DNA from: Girardia tigrina | Taxonomy: Eukaryota | NCBI GenBank assembly: GCA_001938485.1 | Contig: MQRK01167267.1 | Span: forward strand, 38,647-102,061 | Direction of reading: 5' to 3' | Length of the DNA: 63,415 bases | Part shown: one piece after another, positions 38,569 to 53,197 of the stretch | Layout: each line of letters starts with the position of its first letter | Position numbering within the stretch: the first letter of the stretch is position 1 | Made by a program: the position numbers and the translations under genes | The notes under the pieces: model-generated | Told to the model about the DNA's origin: nothing | Databases searched by the model: none | Seen by the model: the letters and a program-made list of their open reading frames with translations, nothing else

Positions 38569-38785
38569 CAGGGCTGCGGAGTCGGACTAAAATTGCCCGA
38601 CTCCAACTTCGACTCAGCCTTCGACTTCGACTCCTTTTAGGTCAATTTATCATATTTGTTATTATATTGGTCGGAGTTGAGTTTCATGACTCCGACTCCG
38701 ACTTCGATTCCAGCCTTCGACTCTGACTTCCTCAAAAATCCTTAAACCTCGACTCCTTGGCTCTGACTCCGACTCCGCAGCCCTG
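38569..38785. mobile_element. hAT-type MITE with GACTCC subterminal repeats
   Basis: TIR CAGGGCTGCGGAGTCGGA and 8-bp TSD CTAATAAC/CTAATGAC. An empty site is seen in the paralogous repeat at ~46273-46280. Confidence 0.92.
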
Positions 38786-40805
38786 CTAATGACATAATAA
38801 ATTTATTATAAAGCATTGAAGGAAAGCACTTCTGTATAATACAGTTTAAACATTTGTGGATAATCGTAAAACATTTCATTTCCAAAAAATTATTTTTGAT
38901 TTATTAATTTGATCACATTTTCACATTATCATTTATTGTCATCGAAAATTAGTTGTTGTGCCCTGCTACCGCAACAAATCTGGTCAACAGAAATAATTTT
39001 TAAAAAATATCTGACAAACATCATTATGGACAAAACAACACAAATTACCATTCGTTAAAAATAAAAAGAAACATTTACATATTTTTTTCTCCTAAGTCTT
39101 GAACACTGCACATTAATGAAAGCGTTGTTGTGTTAATTAATTAAATTTAAATGTAAGTGTCCTACTGCATGTTTTTAAATTTTGTAAATTACGCTGTAAT
39201 TTTTAAATATATTATTTTGCTATTTTTTTATTAAAAAATGCAAGATTTGTTTAAACGGGTCTACTAGAAAAATATGGTGGGGTCACTATAACTTTTTTAT
39301 CAAATAAAGCATTTTCTGATCTCAGCCTCGATTTTCTAAAATATTTCAAATTTCAGTTTCTTTCGAGCATCACAGATTATTTCCACATGCTCTGCAACGT
39401 TACCACAACGAGTTGTTTATTGAAAACGGAGCGATCGACCCGGTGGTCAGTTCAACCGATCACTATGGTAAATATAATTCTGGTCGAATAAAGTTTTTTC
39501 AATCACAATTACCTTTACTCTATAATTAAAAATAAATAGTTCTAAAATATTTTATTTAAATATAATAAATGATCAAAAAAGAAAAACTGACAAAAACAAT
39601 TAAGTCTCAATAATAATAAGTAACTAATCTGTACTGATACGAATGTCGGAGCACTATCGATGGATGGAATGGTATGAAATAGTTAGTAAATATGTAAGTA
39701 GATCGGGATTAATATCAAGAATCACTACCGACATTAATGTAACTTTTTCGATAATAGTAAAAAACCAAACCGGAAAGAAAAATTCGGATTTGAGATGATG
39801 TGAGATGGTATTATCGATTCAAAATTATAATGGATGTGGATACAATAGGTTGAGATTGAATAGAAATAGATAATGATAATCAAAATTGTATATTCGACAG
39901 ACGAAGAATAATAACTTTTAATTTGTGTCTAGTTTATTCCTAGATTTCGTAGGCTATCAACTTTAACAATTGTAAATATTTTTCAAATCTTGTTGTTTGG
40001 GTTAAAATTCAAAATATTGGACACCGTCACAAAAGAAATTTTTTAATTGTTGTCAGGATCAAAATTCCAAATAAAACGATTTGTTGAATTGTTAATCATA
40101 AATGAAACTGATAATTTATGGTCATAAAAATCCGGAATTAATTCGAGGTCGAATAAAATTATCGAACGATTTATATCCACAAAGTAAGTTTGGATAATTT
40201 TGATAATTTCGATATTAATAATGATCTTTGTTTAAATATTAGGAAAATTAAATTCCCAAATTCAATTATATTAAGGATCGAACCTTGTTTTAACAAGTTT
40301 ATAGATGAAATTCCATACATTGATGAAGATGTAATTGAACCAATATTTGATGAAATATGTTTAGATGTAAATGATAAACTAACAATTTCAAGGATTGATG
40401 AATACATTGGTAAATGGATTGAAGAATGAATCTTGCTTATTTTATTTTGTTAATTAAACTGAAACATAAGTATCTCTGGAAAGGCAGCGTAATGAATAGT
40501 CTTCCATTGAGATAAAAAATGCGCAAAAAGAAGGAAACAAAATACAAGAAGAATAAATATCTTATGTATATTTTAAAATAAATAAATATATGATAGAAAA
40601 AAACCAATGCAGTAACTGATATTAACGTATTGCTACATCACCATAGCGGTTAAAATAACATCCGGGACGAATCAGGTCGAAACTCTATTCGGGTCATCTG
40701 ATTTGCCTCATTATACAGATATAAACATCGATATGAATAAATGTACAAAGTTTGGAGGAAATTAATTAAGTAAAAAACCTTCAAAATACGTTAATAAATT
40801 CTATT

Positions 40806-40853
<48 letters not shown>

Positions 40854-42097
40854 CGAAAATATANNNNNNNNNNNNNNNNNNNNNNNNNNNNNNNNNNNNN
40901 NNNNNNNNNNNNNNNNNNNNNNNNNNNNNNNNNNNNNNNNNNNNNNNNNNNNNNNNNNNNNNNNNNNNNNNNNNNNNNNNNNNNNNNNNNNNNNNNNNNN
41001 NNNNNNNNNNNNNNNNNNNNNNNNNNNNNNNNNNNNNNNNNNNNNNNNNNNNNNNNNNNNNNNNNNNNNNNNNNNNNNNNNNNNNNNNNNNNNNNNNNNN
41101 NNNNNNNNNNNNNNNNNNNNNNNNNNNNNNNNNNNNNNNNNNNNNNNNNNNNNNNNNNNNNNNNNNNNNNNNNNNNNNNNNNNNNNNNNNNNNNNNNNNN
41201 NNNNNNNNNNNNNNNNNNNNNNNNNNNNNNNNNNNNNNNNNNNNNNNNNNNNNNNNNNNNNNNNNNNNNNNNNNNNNNNNNNNNNNNNNNNNNNNNNNNN
41301 NNNNNNNNNNNNNNNNNNNNNNNNNNNNNNNNNNNNNNNNNNNNNNNNNNNNNNNNNNNNNNNNNNNNNNNNNNNNNNNNNNNATATATATATATATATA
41401 TATAAGTCTAATGTTTTTATTTTATCAGAATATCTTGATAAACTTTTTAAAAAATAATATTTTACATCAATCAAAGGTGATAAATTGAATTAATTACAGA
41501 AATTAATTAATTAAAAAATTATATTACAAACAGAGGATTTTAAGCGTATAGAAATGTCTGCATTAATTTTTAAAATCCTACTAAAAAGCGTTTGATATAA
41601 CAAAACACAAAAATGTACAAACTTAAAATAAAAAAAATTATTTTAATAATTAAAATGATTAAATAAAATTAATCTAATAATATAAAACCCTTAGGGTCCT
41701 GCATTTGTCGCGGTCATCACTGTATCCACAAATTTCTCGAATTTTGAGATTTTTTTCAAATTTTTTATTTTTACATAAAAGTTTTATGTGTTTTATTCAT
41801 ACGGCTTAAATAAATTAAATTGTCCTTCAAAGTACAACCATGCAGTAGCATGGGGATCATTTCGATCCTATAAAAGTCATTATTATCTTACGCCACGGAT
41901 AATGTCTTACTCATCGATGAATAACCACTTTTAATTAGTAGATTTAGCTTTTCCATAGTTTTCTATGGGAAAATTCAAAAAGTATAAAAAAAATTTTGTT
42001 CCTTAGAGTGTTAACTATATAAAAACTTAACAACACCATTATAATTTCTTTCTTTGCATTGTTATTTAAACTTTCAATTTCAAGTCTTGACAATACA

Positions 42098-42670
42098 CAG
42101 GGTGCCGACTAGAAAACCAGAGGATTTTATGAAATCATATTGTAAAGTGTTAAACACGTGATAAAGGTACACAAATTCATATTCACATAAATAAAACCAA
42201 AGGATTTTATTTATTTGATTAAGCAAGTGACAAAGGCGTAATTTACTGCCTCTGATTGGTTAATATTTCTGTCATATAATTGCATAGCACATGACATATT
42301 CCATTATTTATTTTCTCTTTAGAAAATGGTTTCACAATTGACTGATTTTCAACGCAGTGTTATTTCTATTTTTAAGAAGGAATACTTTACTTGATGCTTA
42401 CAAAAGTACATCGAATTTCTTTCCAAGGTTTTTGCAGAAATTACTAAAAATCAGTTTTATGCTGTGTGTAATAAACTGAAGAATATAGGTGTGGTCGCTG
42501 CCCAAATGCGTAAGAAAGGTAAAAACAAAAATGAACTGTCCTGTTAAACAGGCCGTGCTCAGAATAGCAGTCACTCCAGAAAACAGTCCTCGCCGTAGGC
42601 ATAGCAGTCAACGACAAATCGCATCTTTATTGCATATTTCAAAGGAATCAATGTTCAGAATGTGAGTTAG
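42098..42670 (+). mobile_element. Tc1/mariner-superfamily 5' remnant
   Basis: CAGGGTGCCGAC terminus-like sequence; HTH-like SSQRQIASLLHISKESMFR at ~42600-42660. Confidence 0.5.
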
Positions 42671-43998
42671 TGAATGAACCCCTGGGACTTGAATTTATTT
42701 CAAAACTTCGGGAACAATTAAAAATGATCTAAAAATTTGCATAAGAAAACTGTTAATATTTGATGAAAATAACAGTTAAAAATGTACACTTAAGGCAGGC
42801 CCCCCAAAAATAACCAATCTCATCTCAGTGCTCATGAAAGTATCTTAATTATCTATTTTGAAAAATAGGTTTTACGAAGTATTTATAAAGTCAAGGTGTA
42901 ATTTATTGTCAAAAGCTATAAAGTTTTAAATGAATTTAATGTTACCAATAAATTAAATGTATAAATAAAATTTCCAAATTAATTTAAATTTTCTTGAATT
43001 AAATTAGAATTAATTTAATAAAATTCAAATGACTCATAATTCTTAATAATAATCAACTATTATCTTTCTTGTTACATTCTTAATACTATAAAAAAATAAA
43101 ATGATTACTATAAATTGTTTCATGCGATGCAATTTTATAAGACCAAAACTGAATAATTTATTATACTTTCGAAACAAAAAATTATTTTTTTATAAAAAAT
43201 ATAAACCCATTGTAATAATTTATCTATCAAATATTAATTTTCAGAATTTGAAAATTACAAAATAGTAACATTTTTATTTGAAACAATTTATTGAAAATGA
43301 AAAAAAAATATTGTTAATGAAACTAATATTAAATATAAAAATAAATATAACAAAAATATTTATTAATAAAAATATTCAAAACTGTTTTTATCATTTATAT
43401 ATAGCAGTATTAAATACAAATAAAACTGTATTATTTGAAAGAAAAAATTCCTTACAATGTAATATATAACATTTTAATTTATAAAATAAACTTTGATCGA
43501 TAATAACTAATTAGTATTTTAATGAAAAATAACTTACTAAAATAATAAAAAATTATTAAATGAATATTTTTTATTATATTTCATAATAATTTTTTAAGGA
43601 TTCGTTTTAATAATTTAAAAAAGAATTTATTCGTCTCTTTTTCAAAAATAAATTTCTATTTATCATTACGGAATCGATGGGAAATTAAATTTGAAAAAAT
43701 GTTTCGTTTTTGTAACTTTGCTGAAAATATTTTTTAACTATTTAAATTTGGGAAAATTTTAGTATACTTTTGCTTTCATAATTTCTTTTTTAATTTCATT
43801 TTTAATTTAGAAATTAATTTAAAAAAATAATTAATAAAAAATTAAAAAAAGCGTCACAATGTAAAAGACTTTTAAAAAGAGCTAAACGAAAACGCAAACT
43901 GAAACTTTATTATTATATTATTATTCTTATTATATATTATTATTGTGATTATCCTCTTTAAAGTCAAAGTTCAATAAGAGCTACTTGTGTTACAATGT

Positions 43999-44050
<52 letters not shown>

Positions 44051-44207
44051 NNNNNNNNNNNNNNNNNNNNNNNNNNNNNNNNNNNNNNNNNNNNNNNNNN
44101 NNNNNNNNNNNNNNNNNNNNNNNNNNNNNNNNNNNNNNNNNNNNNNNNNNNNNNNNNNNNNNNNNNNNNNNNNNNNNNNNNNNNNNNNNNNNNNNNNNNN
44201 NNNNNNN

Positions 44208-44363
44208 ATTTTATGTTGATGGAATAAAACAACTTGTTTCTCGTTGGCAAAAATGTATTGATGCCAACGGTTCATAATTTGATTAATAAACTTTTGTTTC
44301 TGTGAATTTGCACGTCTTTGAAGTTTGTATCCCAAAACCGCAATTATTCTTCGACCAACCTAA
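44208..44363 (+). mobile_element. mariner 3' end
   Basis: FYVDGIKQLVSRWQKCIDANG, then TIR AAAACCGCAATTATTCTTCGACCAACCTAA followed by TA. Confidence 0.88.
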
Positions 44364-44699
44364 TATATTATTGAAAAATAATTAATTCTCTAAATATTTT
44401 TGTTTTCCAATTTTAGAATCGCTTATCATGGTTTTAAAATTCTTAGAAGGAGCTCAAGGGTCAATATGTACACAAACAAACAAATAGATCACTCTACTAT
44501 GGTTAAATTTATGGTTAAAAGTTATCTACACAAACACGGTTAAGAAAAAATTAAGATAAAACTTTTAAAAGCACAATCTAATCATCAAAATACAATATTC
44601 TAAAAGATTCAAATTATTTAGAAAGAATATTTGCAAGTAAATATGTAATGTCCTAGGGATTTCAAAAGCTTCTTCTCAAAAAAATCAAAAATGATTTGT

Positions 44700-45060
44700 G
44701 AATTGCAAGCTGATCTAGTTTATAAATTTCTGGTTAAAGTATTCGTAAGCTTGCCTGGTTGGAGTTACTGACGAACTTAGTATATTCGGCAAGGGCTTGC
44801 AATCCATCAACGTAAAGTGCAATGCTTTCTGAGCGGGTTTATTGAAACGTGTAATGGCTGGGCCCATAATCTGTTGAGGACTTGCACGTAAGTGCTTGTA
44901 CGATGATACACCGACTCAGCTCCTGATAAGCCCTTTGATCTGTAAGCCCGAGTAACTGCTGCACGAGCATTCATGTGACGCCACAGAAAGAATGAGGCCT
45001 ACATTGGAGAGACAAATTGTCATCTCGAAACCTAGATTATGGAGCATTTGCAATCGAGTT
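44700..45060 (-). mobile_element. LTR-retrotransposon gag remnant
   Basis: Minus strand ESIALYVDGLQALAEYTKF resembles the gag QxxxES..Y...L..LA..C.F motif. Confidence 0.5.
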
Positions 45061-46129
45061 GATCATGTAAGGTTTTTGATCATTAGTTATATTGTAAAAA
45101 TAGAATCTCTTCTGTTTTAGAGGATGAGTTTTCTGTTCTGAAGAATGAATTTAATTTACATTACGATCAGCAGTTCTGTGAATTATTAGCCACTACAACT
45201 AATTAATTAATATTCAAAATGGAGAAAGTAAAACAGTTTCAATTTTTAAAATATTTTAGTAGATAAACAAAATAATAAATTTAATGTAAATCTTTTGTTA
45301 TTGTTATTTTATTAAATGTTCGTATTATCTTATTTACTATGAACATTAGAAAAGATGGCCCCATTAGTGTTCATACTGAACAGGTTCTTTCAAATCTTTC
45401 TAAGAACGATGTATACCCAAAGTAAAAGAGGTTTTGTAGTAATAAAATATTTAAAACATTTATTTCTAATTAATTTATTCAAGCAAAATTATTCCAAATA
45501 AAACATTGTTTTATAATATTTGGAAATTTATTGTATTTGATTTTGTGGAAATGTATTTCCGGTAATTGAAAGATAAATATGAGTTTGTCGATATTATTTT
45601 AAAAGCTTTCTTGATGAGAGTTGTGAGGATCATTTTCTGAGTTCATAAACGTTTAATGGATAAAATATTTTTATGGATTATAAATTATATTTCATTAAAG
45701 ATTTTTAAATTTACAAAATTCTAGTTTTTAAATGCAAATTATTAAAATATGTTTTGTTTTATTTTAAACATATTTTATTTTATTAAGATGGATCACAAAT
45801 TTTTTAAATTAACTAATATTTTATACGAAAATTAAAGAAATCAGACGTTAAGAAAATCATGTTTATGTATCCTCCGTCCATTCAATAATGCATGAAAGCA
45901 AATACGAAAGTATCAATAATTTGTATAATAAAAGAATATTACTTTTTTTACAGAAATTGGAAAGAAAATAAAAATTAAATCTTGCCTAATTAATTTTGTA
46001 TTTTAATTTAATTATTTAAAAATTAATTCAATTGAATTTAGATTTCTGTAATAATGTCTATATTGAAATAATAAACTTCTCTTAATATCAAATTTTCAAA
46101 TAAAATAACCCAGATGAAATATAAAATAA

Positions 46130-46345
46130 ACTAGTAAATCAAAAAAATATTGATGCCCATTCTTTATGCGGACAGAACTCTACTTTGCCAACAGAATTTT
46201 TTTTTATTTTTTGTAAAAGAGAAAATTTCATTCAAAAAATTTTGACAACTCCATTTTGCAATTAAATAGTTACTAATAACATAATAAATTTATTATAAAG
46301 CATGGAAGGAAAAAACCAAAACATTTCTCTTTAATGCAGTTTAAA
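46130..46345. repeat. dispersed repeat (copies ~38350-38870 and inverted ~48875-48955)
   Basis: Shared TTTATGCGG..AGAACTCTA.TT.GCCAAC.GAATTTT and AACTCCATTTT.CAATTAAATA.TTACTAATAAC. Confidence 0.75.
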
Positions 46346-46560
46346 CATTTATGGATAATCGTAAATTGGGCTTCTGTTCACAGAACGTTTGAGAAGCGAT
46401 TGTTAGAGCTGGCGAAATTATAGATTTTTTATATTTTTAAAGATATAAAGATATATATAAGATATAAATTATTTAAAGAGATTATTGTTTAAAAGTTTTA
46501 ATAACTAATAACACATAAGACATTTATTAAAATAAATTATTATCTACTAAATAGTTAATA

Positions 46561-47460
46561 CAGGGTTTTTCATTATCAAAGAGCCGGTTTTCAAAAAATA
46601 TTATTTATTATTTAATATACTAAAATATCATTAAAAATATCTTTCAACTTTTTGATTTAATATGAGAGAAATTATGTATAAATATCTATAATTTACTTTT
46701 AAATCTGACAATATTGAAGATATGATGAGAAATTAATATATAATTAAAACTTAACAAACAAAAACTTTATAAAAGAAGATTCGAACTAAATATTTTTTAA
46801 TTTTGTTATTGATTGTTACAAAATTCTCAAAAATGTCAGTAATATTGTTCAAATGAATTTAGTTCAGACAACTGTAAGTTTATATTATTTTTTTAATTTA
46901 TCACGTGTTGTTGCTCAAATACGTATACGAAATAGCCTCAAATACATTGATGCAAATACATTCTCAATTGGATTGAGATCTTGTTAATATGCTGGCAGAT
47001 GAACAACCTCCACATAGATATCTTCAAAAAAAGATTTTATCTCATGACAGTAATGAAACCTGACGTTGTCCATAACAACATCAGAATTCCCCATAAAATA
47101 TCATTTTTCATTATAAAAAAAGTCTAGGAATTTAGAAAGTCTAGGAATGTAGCATGATCATAAGAGGCATCTTCAATTTAATGACCTTAGATTCCGTTGG
47201 ATGATATTATCACACAAAGTGAAATATTTTGACCCTTGCATCGATACCGGTATAGAACAGCATCTTGAGAAATTCCCGGATGTATATAGGTTGAACCCAG
47301 ACTCATCGAGAAACAAAATTCTCAAATTGAACATTCCAAATAACCTTAAACAAAATAGTCGTCTTTCACTTATACTCGATTCTGTTAAGGACTTAGTGCG
47401 AAAAATATTACTAATTTTAAAATCCTCTACCTTCAAACCATATTTTTGATTGAAAAAATA
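46561..47460 (-). mobile_element. decayed Tc1/IS630-type transposase and one terminus
   Basis: ILFLDESGFNL, VVMDNVRFH, HLPAY*QDLNPIENVF; terminus TA-CAGGGTTTTTCATTATC at 46559. Confidence 0.8.
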
Positions 47461-47519
47461 CCAACTGTTTTGAAAAATGTGTTTAATTCAAAATAATTTT
47501 AGTACGCTAAGAAACATTA

Positions 47520-48210
47520 TTTTTTTAAAATAAACTTTGCGAGTTTTTCCGGAATGCCTGCCATTAGACTTGCAATTGTAGTTTCTATCACGTTTTTGGC
47601 TGCATTATTCCACTTGTTCCGAAAATCTGCAATTGTCTGTGCCCTCTTGTTTGTCGTGTTTAATTACCTTTTTACCAGGGCCCAATATCTTTCGATTTGT
47701 CGAAGCTATGCAATATTTGGAGAGTTTGCCTCTCTTTGCACCAAATCAATGTTATTGTCTTTGTACCACTTCTTGGCTGCCTTACCATAATTCAGCCAAA
47801 ACAACGTAACACCTCCGTGCTGATTTATGAATGGTAATTAACGGTTTTGCAAACAATCATTCACATAGACTTCTGTGTTTATTGTGCCGGATGTGACAAA
47901 GCATTTACTCTTTTCCCCGCATCCACATATAGCCTGCCAAACAATAAATGTTTTGGTAAACTTAGACTTTTCTAACTTAGACCTCTAACAGAGCCTTTAC
48001 TTTCTTCACATTCTGTGTACACGAAAAATCCTTTCTTCTTCCAGAACCAATTTTTCTAAAAACGTTCAAGATCTCATTGAAGTTTTTAATAACATTAGAA
48101 ACTGTTTTCTGACAAACCTTTGCCTTTCTGGCAATTGTTTTCTGACTTGATTGTGGATTTTCTTGAAATAAACGAATAATTAATTCGCGACTTCCTGTTT
48201 CTGACGACAT
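47520..48210 (-). mobile_element. second, internally deleted ITmD37E-type transposase
   Basis: N-terminus SQKTIARKAKVCQKTVSNVI..GSGRR, then IVWQAICGCG, INTEVYVNDCLQ and KWYKDNNIDLV..ANSPN...LRQIERYWALVK. Confidence 0.85.
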
Positions 48211-49764
48211 ATTAATGAAAAATAGAATTTAAAAATGAATACTCAAATGACTTTTATTTTGATTTATTGAGATAAAGTTTTTAACAAAAAACATTTACAT
48301 AAATTTATAACGATTATAAAATAATAGTTTTATTTATACTTATTTATTTCTAATTCGCTTTAAATTTTGATTTTTAATCACTTAGATTACGATGCTCGAT
48401 CCGATTGGAATAAAATCTTAAAAGTTAAAAACAAAGATAAAAAAATTCAGCGAATTTACCATTCAAAATACGAAAACGAATGAAGTCTTCAAACAATTTG
48501 AATTAACGATTGTCTTTGGGACAAAGAGAAGAGGAGAATATTTTGATCTACATAAGGGTAAAGAATATAATATCAATGCAATTTAAAATGCCGGAACATC
48601 CTTCCCCTTCTGTCCCATTTCTAGGGTCAATTCAGTCACTATCTTTTTTCTATTATCAATAATAAAATTCAAATTATACTAGACAGTTTCTTTGATTTCT
48701 AACGGTTATATCTTTTTTTCAGCAGTCTCAAATATTCTTGCCTTTCGTTTTGATCGAAAAAATAGAAAGTTTGAAATTTAACAATGAATTTATCCATTGT
48801 ACCTTTTCCATCACATCAACTTGAATTGCCGAATTTAAAAACTAAAATTTGCAAACTTACAGGTTAACTAAAGATAACAAAAAATTCTGTTGACCAAGCA
48901 GAGTTCTGCTCGCATAAAGCATGGATATAATTTATTTTGATTTACTAGTTTATTTAATTTTAATTTTGTAAATGATGTGTAAGTTTTTTAAAAATCATAT
49001 CATGTCAATTATTTAAATAATATTCAAGAAATAAGAATCACAACATTATCTAAATATGAGGCAATTAATTTTATTTTTAAAGTCTTTTCTTAGTTTTTTT
49101 AGACTTCCTTTTTAAATAATCGTGTGTAGAACAATGGCTGATATTAATAATATTAAAAAACTTTAATTAAATTACATTTGCTAATTAATCTATCAATAGT
49201 TTCTTTATTAAATTTTTCAGAAACAAAACATTTTAATTCTAAAAATCAACCAAATATTTATTTTATTAATAAAAATTTATGTAATGCAATATTATAATTT
49301 AATGAAAAAGTGGTAAAATAACATTAAATTTGACTTCTGTTTTCAAATGAAATATTTTTTTAATATTTTATAAATTATTAAAAAAAATAATATAATTAAA
49401 CTAAAAAGGAAAGAGATCTGAAAAATAATATATTTTTCCTTTTGTTTCATTAATCCAATTATTCGGATAGTTTCTCTCAAACCAATTTTCGTGATCAAAG
49501 GAAACAATTTTAGATTTTCATGTTAGATTATAGAAATATTGTGTTATAAACTGTAGAGTTATATATGTTAAAGATAGAGGAAAATGAATTTTATTTATTG
49601 TTCATTAATAAATAAATGATTTTTTTAAAAATATTTTCTTCACTAATTATTAATACAAAATATGTTTAATTAAAATTCTTCAATTATTTATGCAATTAAT
49701 GTTTAATGTAAACTTTCAACAAAGTTGATGAGTCACTTGACATAATCACTTTAATTATTAATGC

Positions 49765-50511
49765 TGTTAGGGTTTTGGAAAATGCATATGAACACTTCTT
49801 GATAAAATTTTATATAAGTAAAAATTTAAAATAATTCTTTTAGTAAAATTATTAACTTCAAATAAAATAATAAATTAGTTCAATAAAATTTGGAATTAAA
49901 AATTATGTTTGTTTTACTTCATCAAAAATTATAAATATTTTACTCTTTGTTTTAATTCATCAATTTTCAAGGCTATATAAACAGCAGCAAATCTAGTTTT
50001 AGTTTGCCCAAAAATATCTGCAAGAAATTTAATCAAGAAGTAGTCACTTTAACAAGTAACGTAAATACAAAACTTATTTTATTTTTATTTTATTCTTTTA
50101 AATTATTGTTAAACCATAAGTACCCGTATGGGAGAAGAAGGTTTAATTTAAAAAGTACAATATCGTTCGTTTTGGGAGATTCACAGTTTTTACTGTAATC
50201 TATTAATACGTACGAAATATTGCTTCGTGTTTGTGTTCTGTCATCAAGAATTGAATTATTATTATTATTTTGACTTTTCAATATTTGTTATTTGAAATAA
50301 AGTTTCATAAAAGAATTTGCGTTCATTATTCATATATTTATGTTGGAAGTCCCTTCTGAAAAATTGGATTCAGATCAAAGATTAAAAATTATTGATTAAG
50401 AATTATTGATTAAAGAATAAAGAATAGAGATTTACGATTAAAGATAAAGATTTAAGATTTGTGTTTTAAAAAGTGAATATTGAAAATAAAGATAATTTTA
50501 ATATCCCAACA
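49765..50511 (+). mobile_element. 747-bp solo LTR (Gypsy-like) with 4-bp TSD
   Basis: TGTTAGGG...TCCCAACA termini, TSD ATGC (49761-64, 50512-15) and an internal CTATATAAA (~49973). Confidence 0.75.
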
Positions 50512-50757
50512 ATGCTTCACACGAGACTCTTCTTCAATAATTTTAAAATTCATGCAAAAAACGTTAAAATTATTTACTCCAATCAAATGACGTATAGCGA
50601 ACAATCTATTAGACGTGCATCTTCTATACAATAGGAAAAAAACTATTTTGTTGTTCTATACCTAAAAAATGATAAACGTAACATTCCAGAAATTTTAGCT
50701 TTCTTGTCATTATGATTTTAGTACTTGTGAGAGTTTTCATTTTTGAAATATGCATTT

Positions 50758-51632
50758 TATCAGGTTCATGATTAAAATTGGAAGTCATAATTTTATAAAC
50801 TTTATTTCTACCACAATTTTCATTATTGAAACAAATTTATGAGGAACAATATTTCAATTACATAATCCAGATCTCAAAATTCTAAATATAAATAATAATA
50901 TCGATAAATATATAAATATGTTATTTTATTCAATTTTGCATAAATTTAGATCTTTAAAAATATTTTAAAAATTCAATTCCTAAATATCTTTCTTTGATTT
51001 TAAATCATTTGATTATAAATTATTTCTTTTTAATAAAAACCTTTTATTTGTTTTTAATACAAATTGCAAAAATAATTTACAAATTTAAAAAAACAATTCA
51101 CAAATTTAAAATACAAAAATATTTAGCAATATTTAAATTTATTATTATTTAATAGAGATTCATTAATTATAAAATTTTTAATAATATATATATATATATA
51201 TATTTTATCAATTATTTATCGAATTTTAATTTGCCTTTTAACTTTTAATTATCTTTTTTTATTACATCTCTGACAACAAAAATTTCAATAAAAAATTCTT
51301 CCGAATAACTCTTAAAATAAATGCGAAACAATTAAAATTCAATTATTTATGAAATTAACTTTTTAAAATTAATTAGGATATTTTTACTTATAACTATTTA
51401 AAAACTTTTGATTTTGAATATTTTCTTATTTTAGAGATTATTTATAACAATTAATTATTTTCAAAAATTTAAAGAATGAACATGTTCTTTTTTTTAAAGA
51501 ATTTAAAAAGGTTTTTATTTTAAAGAATTATTTCATTTTTAATTAATCGAACATTATTTTTAATTTATTTAAAATATACATATGATTTTTAAAAATATCA
51601 AAAATGTAAAGTTCACCAAAAGGCACCCAACA
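50758..51632 (-). mobile_element. AT-rich solo-LTR-like element, 875 bp
   Basis: TSD CATTT (50753-57, 51633-37) and ends TATCAGG...CCCAACA. Homologous to 9551-10018 (same orientation) and 10237-11111 (inverted). Confidence 0.75.
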
Positions 51633-53197
51633 CATTTTAAGCCCTGGAAATAATTCATTTGATTTCTTGATCACATATGCTATCCGAAGTAATCAAATGT
51701 CCCACGTAACTGAAACCGATGACCAGTTTCACTCGTTGATCATTGATATTGATGGTGCAAACAGTCCTTCTTGCTGGTGACCATGATGATCTCAATTTCA
51801 CACATATTTGTCAACATCACAAAATTGCATTCAATCAGACTATCGATGTAAATGTAGAAATAATAAACATTTTATGTATAATTAATTAATTCAATGTAAT
51901 TATGTTTAAAAATAACAATTTTATTATGTGCTTAAACCATACGATTCATTTTGATTTCGATTAACTTGTTCAGTGTTATTCTAATATTATCGGATTTAAT
52001 GCGTGATTCACCAATTGATGACTTTGTCGACCACAATTAACGATTAAATCACAAATTACAGATGATTTGCGGTATTACAAATGATTACGACGGATGCATT
52101 TTAGTGGCGATCACTGTGCCAAGCTTAAATAGTGTCAGAATTGATACTGCGTCCGACACAGCAATACGCGGCGAATCATTTCCGTCGTTCCGCTTGCTAA
52201 TCAAGCTCAGCAATCATCAAGGTGTATTTTTTCTTGGATAATTATCCAACCAAGTAGTAATGATGATGTGGTATTTGGTAACGCATCACTCAATTAGCCT
52301 TGATCGTCTTTAGTTTTTCTTTATTATTCCATGAGGACCTACTAAATCATAAGTCTTCTCAGACCCTACTTTAATTTTCAGATGTCCGATCATAATCATA
52401 ACTTCCTGAGATTTGCATGCTCTCTTAGTTTTATTGAGATCGGAATAGTGTTTGAAAAACTTTCATACTGTACGCTGATGTCGGAGTGTATACATGGATT
52501 CAAGCGATATTAAAGAGTAATAAATGTATTTGAAAAGGAGCACTTGATCAGGAATCTCACAACAGCTTCTATAAATTGATAATTTTGTGAAATCAATAAA
52601 TCAATGAAAAATATTAATTAATTTAAACTAACCCTTTTCATTAAAAAAATAAAAAATTGAATTTAAAGCATATATCATTTTATAAAAATCAATATTATTT
52701 TAGACATCAAAAATCCTAGACTTCTTAAAAGCCAGGCAATAAATTAAAAATGTTCCTCATAAAAGAAAAAGCATTCGACATCCATTGTTAAGAATAAAAA
52801 AATAAGCAATCATTTGATCTCTTGAAGAATTAATGTTTTCATATATTATCTTTTTTGATCAAAAAAATATTTAAGAGACTACTAAAAAACATTACAAAAT
52901 ATTAATAATTTTAATTATATAAAACATTTATATAAAAAAACAAAATGCCAACCCCATGGGCACTTTAGTGCCAATTTGGAAGTCAATAAATTTCATGTAA
53001 CATTGAAAAATGCTTTTGTAATTAGATATTTTGATACATAAAAATATAAAATTGTTTGCCCTATTGGGCAATTATCTTCCTCGTCATGTTTTTCAAAATA
53101 ATTTTTTTTGGAATTTAAAATTTCTAAGAAAAAATTTAAGAAATAAAATTATAACATATTAATTATTATTATAAATTCTGAATTTATTATGCATTAA

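Noticed and set aside
38569-38785. GACTCC repeats (and AAAACGTCGC repeats at 31625-31710) as a CRISPR-like array
   Set aside because: No unique spacers; these are subterminal repeats of hAT and MULE elements in a eukaryotic context.
51660-52330. Moderately GC-rich stretches that could be host exons
   Set aside because: No consistent splice-bounded open frame or motif could be supported.
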